DNA of 64,000 nt from Lepidodermella squamata (GCA_047495785.1 JBLDXI010000036.1:1277592-1341591), one strand, 5' to 3'. Positions 40,849 through 51,747 are shown, counted from the first letter of the stretch. Translations and numbers: made by a program. The notes: generated by a model not told the origin, from the sequence alone.

Positions 40849-41464
40849 AACTTCACTGGCTCATTACCTCCCCATTTTTAACGATATTCATGCGCAAATT
40901 TACGGCATAGCCCAACTTTTCACGCTGATTCCGAATTTCTAATTTGCATCGAAAAATTCCTCAAAATGAAAAACTTGTTAACAGCCGCATTGCAAGAGAA
41001 AAGTCGAACATTACTTCTTCTTAGCATTATTTGTTCGCGCATTGATCGCGCAATTATTCCAGTTTTTAGTTAACCGATTTACTGAAGCCCATATTTGTAC
41101 TATAATTTCAACAAAGAAGACTAATTTGAATTGAAGAAAAACGGGAGCAATTTTGAGCTGTTTTTATGGAGATTAAAGATATCTAAATTTGCAAGAAAAT
41201 TCGAAAAATATTTAAAAGTGAAAAAGAAAGAAGACGGGATGAGCAATAGAGATGAGCCTAAATAATAAATGGCGTGAGCGAGCGCGTTTTGTAGGAAATT
41301 TCAAATTTGGTGCGTAGGAAGTTCTGCATGTTTTCCAGCTCTGAAATCCAACACGCTGAGAATGGTACTCGCTACGTTACCCTGATAGGCTTGTCACGGG
41401 GAACTCCCGTTGTCGCGGGTCGCGGGTCATGTTCGTGTTCTGTCGGTCTGTCAAAAAGCATCAG

Positions 41465-41945
41465 TATAGGTGTTGAAAATGAGTCCCCTCGCCGACGACT
41501 GTTAGATCGTCAGCATAGGCGTCTAGGGAACAGCCGGGGGCATTCGGCGCAGTTAGAAGGTCAGCAGTGCACACGATGTATAGTAGGGGCGACAGGGGCG
41601 ACCCTTGCGGGACCCCGCAGTTCAGTCCGCTGTTGGCTGAGGAAGCCGGCGACGCGCGCTTGAAGCTTCCGGTCGCGCAGGAAATCGGTAAGCCAGGCGG
41701 CCAGGTTTCGAGGTAGAGGCAGTTCGGTGAGTTTGAAGGCAAGGCCGGCACTCCACACGGAATCGTACGCCGCCTGTACGTCAAGGCCGATGACCTTACG
41801 GTTACGCGACCGGCCGAGGTGGACGCGGTGCGCGATTCGCAGCGGTACGTCCGGAGCGGAGAGCGTGAGCACGAAACGCGTACTGGTTGTCAGGCATTAG
41901 GCTGAGATCCTCTAGGAACCCACCCAACCAGCGCGCGATGATTCT
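41465..41945 (-). mobile_element. Frameshifted non-LTR reverse transcriptase fragment (Jockey/I-like)
   Basis: DVQAAYDSVW, WLTDFLRDR, GVPQGSPLSPLLY and YADD across shifted frames; GC-rich island. Confidence 0.9.
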
Positions 41946-43276
41946 TCACGCGCGATTGAATATTCTGAATAATTTGCCTTTTGTAAAAAATTAAATGAAA
42001 TAAGAGCGCGAAAATTTAATGAGATGATTCACCTGCGACCTAACTGAAAATAAATTGATTTTGAAATTGCCATTTTTCATGTTCACATTATTAAGCCGCA
42101 GGAGCCAATCCAAATGCCGTGAATTTGAGGCTAGTTGACAACAGTATTGAATAAAATCAATTAACCTATGGTTAAAATTTATTGATGAGTGACATCGAAA
42201 TGGCTTCAAGACTGGACGAGGCCTATTAAACCGCTCTAATTTACGTTATGTCCTCTTTTGCGTGCGACCTAGGCGATCCTCGGAATTGCGTGTGACCCTC
42301 TTAATTACTGTCTGCGACCTAAAATTGGGTCGCCGACCCTGTTTTGGTAACCTATGCCCAACGGAATACCCAGGATTGTAGATACGGGCATGGTCAGAAG
42401 CAGACCAGTTGGCTTTTTACATGAATGGGTGCGCAATGGCGGCGTGTTGAAGGAGCACGTGTTAAATTCAATTTGAATGTTAAATTCAATACGTATTGCG
42501 CTTGAGAAGTTGTTTGCTCTGGAATGCATGAGAATATTACAGGAAATTTGAATCACTGAATGTCTTGGTGAGAATCCAGACGAAGTGCATCACGGGTTAT
42601 GGATCTGTTCACTTTCTTAGCAGATCACCACAAATATTGCAAGCAATTTTAACAATATTGTCGAAGACAATTGAGAAGATTTGCATGGCTTCCGTCAAAT
42701 GCTTGATGCTAAAAGGCCGGTTGTTTGCTCAGTTGCTACGTTTTCTTGTCAATTTTACTATACTACAGAAATTGCATAAATAGGTGCATAAATGACTAAA
42801 CGAAATTCGTTGGAAAATTAATTAGCATGGAAAACAAATTGCGACAACCATTCGTCCGCAAATTTATCATGGTTTTGATGTCGGTGGCTATCAGCTTCAA
42901 TCACTTATCATAACTTCAGTGCGCGAAAGAGAAAAGGAGGTATCGTACCTCGTGAGCCAGTTCGCAAGACCTCACTAACACAGGTCCGAGGATTCCCTAA
43001 TCAGTTTCCTAATCAAATTTAGCTACTATTCAGGAGGTTGATTACAATGGATATAACTGGCTGAATTTGGAGATTACCACTCCCTTCTACCAAGCTTTTC
43101 ACCTTGGGATTTGGGATGCTTCTTCGACATCTGCGGAAAATCGTTTAATCACGTTATCTGCAGAACTGGAGTTCATAAGAGAGCTGAATTTGTGGGATCA
43201 GCTCAGGTCAATTGAAGAACCACCTCAACTGAGCATGAGAATCTTGAAATAATTCCCACCACCTTAGATCACATTT

Positions 43277-43924
43277 CGTCGTCGGTGCGGCCAAAAGTAT
43301 TATATCCATAAAAAATCGAAAATGAGATTTTTACAGTTTCGGGCTCAGAATTTAATGCCCGTTATTATTCTGAAAACCGCATCTCAAAATTCGCTAGGGA
43401 TCAAAAGTATTATATCCACTAGGTCACTTTATCGGCAGAATCAACAGTATTATCTCCATGGCATGAGTTTCGAAAAGTATTATATCCAGCAAAAAATCAC
43501 TCAATCGTGAACAAAATGGCGATGTAAAAATCGCCAAAAAGTAAATGCCTGCATGAGGAATCGAACCACAGCAGTGCGATGTTGATGCCAAACAAAAAAT
43601 AACCCACTTTGTCTACGCTTAAAAAGAAAAATCGCCAAAAAAGGGATGCACGCACGGGGACTCGAACCACTCTATGTAAAAACACCATAACACAAAAACA
43701 AAAAAAGTACGAAACAGTATTATATCCAATATATGTCTCGATAGCGCGAAAACGGTGCAGCACCGGTAAACATGGTTGGCGCCATTCGATCCGCCGTGAT
43801 CAACTACCCCTATGTTCGACTTGGTGACATATTTTACTGAAAATTTCGAAAATAAATCTGTTTTTTTCGATTTATCTCAAAATTAATTCTCTTGGATATA
43901 ATACTTTTGGCCGCACCGACGACG
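43277..43924. mobile_element. Non-autonomous DNA transposon, 32-bp perfect TIR, 4-bp ATTT TSD (Sola-like)
   Basis: CGTCGTCGGTGCGGCCAAAAGTATTATATCCA at 43277 and its reverse complement ending at 43924; internal AGTATTATATCCA repeats. Confidence 0.85.
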
Positions 43925-43944
43925 ATTTATTGGAAGCAACACTC

Positions 43945-43951
43945 ATATATA

Positions 43952-43982
<31 letters not shown>
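43945..43982. repeat. (AT)n microsatellite
   Basis: Read directly from the sequence. Confidence 0.9.
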
Positions 43983-44009
43983 GGAGTTATTTTTGTAAAT
44001 AACAGGATG

Positions 44010-44441
44010 TCACATTGTTCCTAAAATAATCAGGAGCAGTTCCCATTGTTCATTTTCGACCATTTTTCGACCTTCTGCTCGGTTCTTTAAATTTAATGAA
44101 AACAACGTTGTTTTTCGGCACCTTGGTGCCCGTTCCGTGCAGGTTTTAAATCTACGGCAAATTTGGGTGGTATTGTATTGGAAGGCTGAGCAGCCTCCAT
44201 CGCCTGAACAGGTTTGCATGCAGACTTGCAGCTTTGCGGCTCTTGTTTCTTTCACCGGCGATTCCTTGCACAAGTAGTGGACCTGCCTGTAACCAGGGTA
44301 GTAAGAATCACCAACTAGAGGAACAATCAAAATAACAAATGTCGAAAGGAATGCATTAAGTTGAGACTTACACTGAGCATTTACAGCAGCGAAGCAGGAT
44401 AGAACTGCGATCAGAGCAACAGCAGTCTGCATAGTCTGCAT
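44010..44441 (-). CDS. Secreted PAN/Apple-like protein, copy E, ~124 aa (exons 44441-44372, 44314-44010)
   Basis: Signal MQTMQTAVALIAVLSCFAAVNA; 57-nt phase-1 intron; LCKESP..VCMQTCSGDGGCSAFQY..ICRRFKTC. It has an extra Cys and a longer tail, and unrelated sequence replaces the upstream cassette. Confidence 0.8.
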   Translation of the reverse strand: MQTMQTAVALIAVLSCFAAVNAQCKSQLNAFLSTFVILIVPLVGDSYYPGYRQVHYLCKESPVKETRAAKLQVCMQTCSGDGGCSAFQYNTTQICRRFKTCTERAPRCRKTTLFSLNLKNRAEGRKMVENEQWELLLIILGTM

Positions 44442-45339
44442 AGTCAATAAGATATTCAAAGTGTAAGGGGGAATATGATATAGACCTCTTGAAGTTGCCG
44501 ATATTTCGAACGAAGCAATTTCAACGAATAGAATGATGAACTAGCGGAAGCATTGTTCAACTCTTGCGTTACTGCATTTTTCATTTTTCGATCAGCCCAG
44601 ACAAATTTGAAGAAATGAAAGCTTCCAAGCTGAAGTCGAACCTGAGAAGATGGCAGAAAAACACAATCGAAAGCATGGTGAGATTATGGATTCTGGAGCT
44701 CCCGAGGATAAACGAATTTCTTCGATTAAGAAAAAGAGCCCAAAATGGCGAGAAAACTTTGGCAATAAGTATATGTGCTGGGAACAAAATGCATTTGCTG
44801 ATTGTTACCAGGCTTCGCAATTCGCATCGGAATAATTCACCCGAATTTGCTGAGCAGACGATTGGTTGTTGCAAACGATTTCTTGGTAGTTACCTCGTTT
44901 CATATGGACGCCGCCATTTACAAAGTCAGTCAAAGAACTTCTCAATTTTGACGCCGGGGTGATAGGAATCATGAATTCATCTAGCCTTTTGAAATGGGGT
45001 AAAATGGACCTCTGAAGCTAAAAAATAGCCAACACGCTCGAAATTTGGGGATGGGTAGCAAAATCTTTAGGATTTTCCACAAAAAGGGTCCAAAGTCTTG
45101 CCTTGCCTTGGCAAAAAGACGGCTTTTCCAGACGTTACTCCGATGTTGGTTGTTGCATTCGGTCCGAATGGTTGTTACATTGTGTAACATGCTGTACCTA
45201 ATTGATTTTCTGGAAACGCTTGTTAATAGTTGCTTTCATTCGTTTTCCATCATTGTTGTGAGGCTGTTAAAAATTCGCTGACTGGCAAAGTCTTCATCCA
45301 TTGCTACAACCCCCTCTACGTCCTCTCACCGTTTTGCTC

Positions 45340-45510
45340 TCAGTTGATGCTTATTTACCCATTGGCTAGACGTGTTTTGTAAATGTTCTCTAAGGATGTA
45401 CTGCACCGCCGTAGTCAGTCTGGGTTCACGACAGCTGATATCATTCGTGAACCCGTTTTCAGGGCTCGCAGCGCAACCAGCTCATTTCATCTTTTTTCAT
45501 TTCGACATTA
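45340..45510 (+). promoter_or_regulatory. Shared upstream cassette in front of peptide precursor gene 1
   Basis: GCTTATTTAC forkhead-like site; perfect dyad GGGTTCACGA-CAGCTG..-TCGTGAACCC (45422-45454); homologous to the PAN-gene upstream regions. Confidence 0.65.
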
Positions 45511-45787
45511 ACTTACCGAATTCGCACGTCATAGCCACTTTAACTTCACGCCTCCTATTAACATTTACACTTCCGAGGAATACTGAGGAAAGAAAATCCC
45601 CCAGTCTGATCGAACTCGGTGTGTGAAGCTCACGGTAATGCTATGGATCTTTCACATTTTCTTGACTGGACCTCTCTAGTATAGTTTATTATGTGTGTAC
45701 AGCAGTTCGAATACAGGAACTGGTTAACTATTCTTTCATTTTCAACTAGATATTAAACGTCGATAATTTTGGTTGACTTTCAAAATC

Positions 45788-46409
45788 ATGATTAAGCTAG
45801 CTCTACTCATCGTTGTAATGGTAACATTGATAAAGATTCACTTTTATCTTTGCTCATCTCATTGCTTTTCAGGCTATCGCTGCTAAGGATGCCCTGGCAG
45901 AGACTAGAACCGTTGGTCAGCCATGCAAAAGTAAACGTGGCTCCGGAACCTACCACCAAATCGGGAAAGGTCCAATTTTCTGCCATGTATCTGAAAGGGG
46001 GCGCGAAGATGCTGTTTTGGAGGAAGCTTCACGCGAAAAGATCGTTGGTCAGCCGTGCAAAAGTAAACGTGGCTCCGGAATCTACCACAAAATCGGGAAA
46101 GGTCCAATTTTCTGCCATGTATCTGAAAGGGGGCGCGAATATGCTGTTTTGGAGGAAGCTTCACGCGAAAAGATCGTTGGTCAGCCATGCAAAAGTAAAC
46201 GTGGCTCCGGAATCTACCACAAAATCGGGAAAGGTCCAATTTTCTGCCATGTATCTGAAAGGGGGCGCGAAGATGCTGTTTTGGAGGAAGCTTCACGCGA
46301 AAAGATCGTTGGTCAGCCGTGCAAAAGTAAACGTGGCTCCGGAATCTACCACAAAATCGGGAAAGGTCCAATTTTCTGCCATGTATCTGAAAGGGGGCGG
46401 AGGGCGTGA
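45788..46409 (+). CDS. Secreted polyprotein precursor with four tandem single-disulfide cationic peptides, 189 aa (exons 45788-45820, 45873-46409)
   Basis: MIKLALLIVVM|AIAAKDALAETR, then 4x (T/I)VGQPCKSKRGSG(T/I)YH(Q/K)IGKGPIFCHVSERG separated by RE(D/Y)AVLEEASR(EK); 52-nt phase-0 intron; AATAAA at ~46523; paralogue at 51334. Confidence 0.88.
45911..46399 (+). repeat. Coding minisatellite, 132-bp unit, ~3.7 copies
   Basis: CGTTGGTCAG recurs at 45911, 46043, 46175 and 46307. Confidence 0.97.
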
Positions 46410-46707
46410 AGTAACCGTCCTCAAGGCGTGAAAAAGTGAGATGATGGGAAGATGTTCCATTGTAAACTGCAAGCAGTCTACACACGTAGCAAAGCTATGA
46501 TACGTACATTTCGTGATTGATGAATAAAAAGCTACGTTATTGAAGATTCGTTCCATCGGTGAAAAAAAATTGTTGATAGGTCACCACGATAACATGAATT
46601 AATAAATTTATCGTTACTAAATCATGTTAAGGCGGCTGACTGATTCTTGGAATTGATTCTTGGAATTGATATCGGCTCGGTAATATTAACTTATTAATAT
46701 TAAGTAT

Positions 46708-47197
46708 CCGTAAAATCCAAAATTAGAGCGCAGGGCCTTATATTTTCAAATCAACTGAAAACTGAGGGCTTAATTCAGAAGAGGCCCAATCGTAGGCTGG
46801 GGTTTTATTTATTCAAATGCTCAAAGACTCCAATGCTAAAATGAAAATTAGCAAAAATTTAACAAATTGAAAATGTGAGGTAGACAAAAAAGGTAAAACT
46901 GAACATTGTCAGCTGTTTCGTTCTCGGAAAATGATGAAAAATGATTTCATTAGGGGGTTCTTTATACACAAGTCGATCATCTTTCACAGTTAACCAGCGA
47001 TTATTATAATATTTTCAATCACACATTTGGAACGCAATTTAAAATTATTGGTCAAGCGAGGCAAACTAAAGCTTTATTTGCACCCTGCGGTACTAAAATA
47101 CGCCTGGGGACTTATTCGCTCAATCATCGTGAAGACTGGGGGCTTAAACCGGGAGAGGTTTTATTACAGACCTGTGGTGTTATTTCGGATTTTACGG
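46708..47197. mobile_element. pogo/Tc1-type MITE
   Basis: CCGTAAAATCC...GGATTTTACGG ends; shares AGACTGGGGGCTTAAACC with the element at 62248-62816. Confidence 0.7.
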
Positions 47198-48065
47198 TAA
47201 TTCGTGAACTCATGGCCACTCATTGCGCGAAATATGCGTGAAATGAAAGTCTATCTGTTAGGCATGATAACAACAAATTTGATATTCCAGTGAAGACTAG
47301 AAACTCAAAATCATATATAGAGGGATTTTAGAGCTGGAGTCTCAAATTTAGCGCTGGAACTCGCTGAATATTAGGAAGAACATGCTTTGTATGTGGTCGG
47401 CTTCTCTATCAGAATGGCTGTTTACTCAGTTGCTACATCTTTTGTCGATGTTGCTTCGCCATGAATGCAAAATACTATGGAGTAAGAAGCCTGGTGAGAT
47501 AAGGTAGACTATGGAACCGAATTGAATCGCCTCAAAATCGGCTTCTTAGCAGCCCCAGGATTAATGATCGCACAGTGATGCCCATCATTAGTTTGCGATC
47601 TTGAATCAATGAGCTGCTAGGGGTGGTAACAATGTTTTCGCTGTATTTGCAAAGTTACTAAATTTCAGCTAAAAACAACCGAAGCGAGGAAATATTGAGG
47701 ATTTTCCACCAAAAGACGCTCCCATTCGCGAAATAGCTGGATAAATTTTCATCTTTATGTCCGAGCTAGGGAGGGATGATATCCATCCCCTTCTAAAAGT
47801 CGCACATATTATAGTCGGTGCAAGATGCTTCATTTCCTCTCCTCTCCCGATCTCACATCACAAATAAATACGTTCTTTCTTTCCTAATTGATCCCTTGAG
47901 TGGGCCCAGGTAAAAATGTTGGGAACGCCAATCCTGGAATCAGTAAACGAAACGAAAAGCACTTCCCACCACCTTGAAACACTTTTATTTGACAGAAATA
48001 TAGATCGATATATTGTAATTAACGTAATAGGATATAGCTATCAGTATGCTTAATGCTTAATGTTA

Positions 48066-48450
48066 TTAACAGTTATGCTTCCCCGACTTTGTAACTGCCT
48101 TAGGGTAAATGAAGGTATTTTTCGGCAGTGCGGTCTTCGTGCGGGTGCATTTTGCATAATGGTAGCACTCGCCTTTAATCATTTGAATCCCGCCACAACC
48201 CCTTGCAGTGCACAGTTGAAGGCATTGTTGGTTTGTTCCCCTGTTATTTTTACCCTCTTTCACCAAATACGGCTTTTCCTGGCATGCGACGCTGATGCGA
48301 TCGTATCCAATAAAGCCAGAGTCTCCGGATACGCCTGAGTGCGAGAAATAATTAAAATGTTATAGTAGGAATTAAGAATTAAGACTTACATGCATCTACA
48401 GCAGCGAAGCAGGATAGGACTGCGATCATTGAAACAGCTAAGATCTGCAT
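48066..48450 (-). CDS. Secreted PAN/Apple-like protein, copy F, 109 aa (exons 48450-48390, 48334-48066)
   Basis: Signal MQILAVSMIAVLSCFAAVDA; 55-nt phase-1 intron; six core Cys plus a Cys at the predicted mature N-terminus and one at the C-terminus. Confidence 0.88.
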
Positions 48451-48459
48451 AGTCAGTAA

Positions 48460-48725
48460 GATACTCGAAATGAAAGTTGAAATTAAAAGTGATGAAATGA
48501 GCTGGTAGCTCTACGGGCCCTGAAAACGGGTTCGCGAATGATTTCAGCTGTCGCGAACCCAGACAGACGCGATGTTTCACGCACCGTCATCTTAGCTTGC
48601 CAAAATACAAAAAACCAGCTAATCTCTATGCTAAATGAGCAGCAGCGGCGGCGGCGGTTCTCATCATTTTAGAAAAATAGAAGAAAGCCAAGCCGCTTGG
48701 CAAACAAGCACCCTTTACTGAGGGG
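48460..48725 (-). promoter_or_regulatory. Shared upstream cassette (copy F)
   Basis: Perfect dyad GGGTTCGCGA/TCGCGAACCC around CAGCTG (48528-48560); GCAAACA forkhead-like site at ~48700. Confidence 0.65.
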
Positions 48726-50475
48726 GAGAAGGAGGGGAGCGATTAGCACCGGGGAAGAATTTACGAAACTTAATGAATATTACAAAAACTAAAATAAATG
48801 TGAGTCTTAGATAACTTTTCTTGGCGAAAATTTTGCATCAGCAAGATAATCAGGTAATTTAAAATGTTAAGAAACTCATTGCCATTTCACAGCCGAATTT
48901 TCTACCTTTGGCAAAATAGTTGGCAGCATTTCCAGAATTTTTCGTCGACAGAAAGTGACAGAAATTGATACGCAAGTCAATGAGACCACACTAGTAATTT
49001 TTGCTTGACTGGATTATGAAATAAGTTGTCATTAATTTCAAGAATTCAATTTCACATCTCGGTTACCAATACGAGCAGGGTGCGATCTTCGATCCCCGAG
49101 CTCTCGGGGATGGAAAAAATATTTTTGCTGTTTTTGCCAAAATGACGAGTCATTTCGGCTAATAACCGAGCGAAGCGAGAAAATTTTGGAGATTTCCCGC
49201 TAAAACACGCCCCAGAACCTTCCAAAATTAACAAAACAGTGGCATAAATTCTCATCATGCTGTCTGGCCCGGCCGAGCTGGGGGGATGATCCCCCCCTGA
49301 AAGTCGCACGCTGAATACTAGATTGACTATAGTTTCAAAGTGGTATGATTGTTCAAAAATCTTGGGACCAGCTTTGGAAAGTAATACTGCTCGAAAGGGC
49401 GAACTACAATTGTTCAAACTGAAATTACATTGCACGTCCAATGTCTAAATTCCCAAATCGTCCCCATGGCCGTGAAAAAGTTAATCGCTGCTTTTAAGGA
49501 AGTCTTGAGCAGGAGACCTCGGAAAGATGGAAGCAACATAACCGAAAAATCCGAAATAACTGTTAATTGGGCATTGACTACTAACTTTAGAGCGAGATGA
49601 ATGGCGTAAAATAGATGATTCGAATTTGAATTTGAATTTGCATTTATAACACCAGCAATATAATTTTCGCTGCGTGAGCTGTGGGAGTGGGTTGAATACA
49701 TTTTGGTTTGGTTTGGTTTTTTCTTCCTCAAAATCTGAATGGGTACAGACGATCGCTCGGAAGAGAATACACCTTTCAATTTCAATGCCTCTAGTCGACT
49801 TTATCTTACCAGACTGCATTCAATAGTATTTTCATTCTTAGCTAACGAAAATCGACAAAAGACGTAGCAGCTGAGTAAGCAACTACTTCGTAATTGAAAA
49901 GCTATCTTCATGGCGACGCGCCAAAACAACTGCTTTGCACATATACTATGTAATAAATGTTTGTTCGAACATTGATCCTTAATGCTAATTACGATCAGTA
50001 CAATAAGTCCTGTAAAAATACCGACCAGTAATATAATAATAAATCTCCGTTGAACAATTTTGCGCAACTTGTGCTTAATTTGCTCAACGAGTGCTCACAA
50101 ATGCACATTGGTGCTTTCGAGTTCCCGCGGCTTTACTGCAAAAAATGCTCGAAAATAATATTTTACTCAATGTATGATTTCTAAAACTAGGATCGCATCA
50201 ATAATTGGAGAGATGTATACAGAAAACTCAATTTCAGTAAGTTGGCTGGCCCAAGTGCCCCAGGATTTTCCTGAACCGCTGGTTCATCTTATTCATTCCC
50301 CTCAATCCTTTGAGTCTCTTTAAAACTTTACCGCCTGACAAATCGATGCAATCGATGAGCTCCCGGAATTTGAGAAACTCGCCCATTCGTCACATAATAC
50401 AAGAAGGGAAAATCTTACGCCGGTACCAAATTTCATTTAATTCAATACCTAACCATTTTATTCGTTTTTTAACTG

Positions 50476-50524
50476 GTTAGGGTTAGGGTTAGGGTTAGGG
50501 TTAGGTTAGGGTTAGGTTAGGGTT
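50476..50524 (+). repeat. Interstitial (TTAGGG)n-like tract (degenerate copies also at ~53490-53635 and ~54338-54357)
   Basis: Read directly from the sequence; the tracts are short and internal. Confidence 0.85.
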
Positions 50525-50919
50525 GAAGACTGGGTCTTCAAATTGGGGATTTGGAACTGTTTGGAATAATTTGGTACGGAATTCAATGATGTTTGGTACT
50601 GAATTCAATTATTTGGTAATGATTTCACTATATCCCATACAAGAAGATAGCCCAATCTGCTCGAACCCAGTGAGCGATGTTCACGATTATCCTGTTGTTT
50701 ATTCCGGGCTTTCTTGCCTGTCCTTACTGAAATTCAACCCGCTATTTCGCCAATTTTCACAGGGATTAATGCATGTTTTCGTGGGAATTCTTCAAAGGTA
50801 ATTAGTTGTTTTCAATTGTTTTCCATTATTTTTGCGAGTCTGTTGAAACTTCGCTGACTGGCTGAGGCTTCATCCGTTGCTACAACACTCAACCCTCTCT
50901 CTTTTCCCTCGCCTTCTTG

Positions 50920-51115
50920 CTCTCAGTTGACGGTGCTTAAGCTTATTTGCCAAGTGGCTAGACGTGTTTTGTCTTATTTTCTATAAGACTGTACTGCAGC
51001 GCCGTTTTCAGTCAAGTTTCTCGACAGCTGATATCATTCGCGAACCCGTTCTCCGGGCCTGTAGCGCTGCCATCAGCTCACTTCATCAGTTTTCATTTCA
51101 ACTATCACTTCGAGT
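50920..51115 (+). promoter_or_regulatory. Shared upstream cassette in front of peptide precursor gene 2
   Basis: Matches the PAN-gene upstream region through ...TTTCAACT.TCA.TTCGAGT, which is ~12 nt before the ATG in the PAN genes. Confidence 0.65.
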
Positions 51116-51333
51116 TTGTTGCCATATTATTTGCCATAGAAATTGCGGCTTCATCAACGGAAACGACCCGCTACCGATATTCGAAGATATTCTTTTGACT
51201 GGACCTCTCGTCAATAATCTTATTGTGTACAGCAGTCCTATGACAGTCTTCAAGTCTTCAACTCACTAAAATTATTTCGGTTTCAACTAGATTGAACGTT
51301 ACATTGTCGATAATTTTGTGGAATTTCAACATC

Positions 51334-51747
51334 ATGATGAAGCTGGCTCTAATTTTCCTTATAGTGGTAAGATACATAACGCTTCCCGTTTATATCGGTC
51401 ATCAAATAATCATTGCTCTTAAGGCTGCCGTTGCTGAAGCAGATGATGAAGCTGATGATGACATAGGTGCATTTTTAGACTCTAGAACCGTTGGCCAGCC
51501 ATGCAAAACTAAACATGGCCCCGGCGTTTACGTGAATTTGAAGGATCCTGCAACATACTGCAGGATTACTAAATTCTCGTGGAAAGCGCGAGAAGAAACC
51601 GTCTTGCAGGAAGCTTCACGCGGACCAATCGTTGGCCAGCCATGCGCAGTAGGTAAACGTGGCACCGGCATTTACGTGCAGACGCGCCCTCCAATGATCT
51701 GCAGATTACTTCAAAAAGGCCAAAAAGGGCGTGAAGAAACCGCCTGA
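51334..51747 (+). CDS. Secreted precursor of two divergent single-disulfide peptides, 118 aa (exons 51334-51366, 51424-51747)
   Basis: MMKLALIFLIV|AAVAEADDEADDDIGAFLDSR, then TVGQPC-X18-C..SWKAR, spacer EETVLQEASR, then GPIVGQPC-X18-C..KGREETA; same intron position as gene 1. Confidence 0.88.
   Translation: MMKLALIFLIVVRYITLPVYIGHQIIIALKAAVAEADDEADDDIGAFLDSRTVGQPCKTKHGPGVYVNLKDPATYCRITKFSWKAREETVLQEASRGPIVGQPCAVGKRGTGIYVQTRPPMICRLLQKGQKGREETA

Noticed and set aside
43550-43670. tRNA genes (GGTTCGA B-box-like motifs here and at ~58430)
   Set aside because: No full cloverleaf is visible, and the 43.6-kb motifs lie inside a transposon.
44470-44962. ORFs upstream of PAN copy E
   Set aside because: No recognisable motif; probably inserted, degraded sequence.
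45909-46000. Homology of the peptides to sea-anemone defensin-like toxins (G..C...KGIY)
   Set aside because: The resemblance covers only a few residues, and those toxins have three disulfides. It is not supportable without a search.
45911-46399. CRISPR-like array
   Set aside because: There are no unique spacers. It is a contiguous coding tandem repeat in a eukaryotic gene, and no cas genes are present.
45850-46485. 193-aa ORFs on the + (45850) and - (45904) strands over the 132-bp repeat
   Set aside because: These are alternative frames of a stop-free repeat. Only the frame of 45873-46409 joins a signal-peptide exon and matches the paralogue.
49801-50067. Type II membrane protein exon
   Set aside because: It has a hydrophobic segment and a donor site, but I found no ATG and no downstream exon or family motif.
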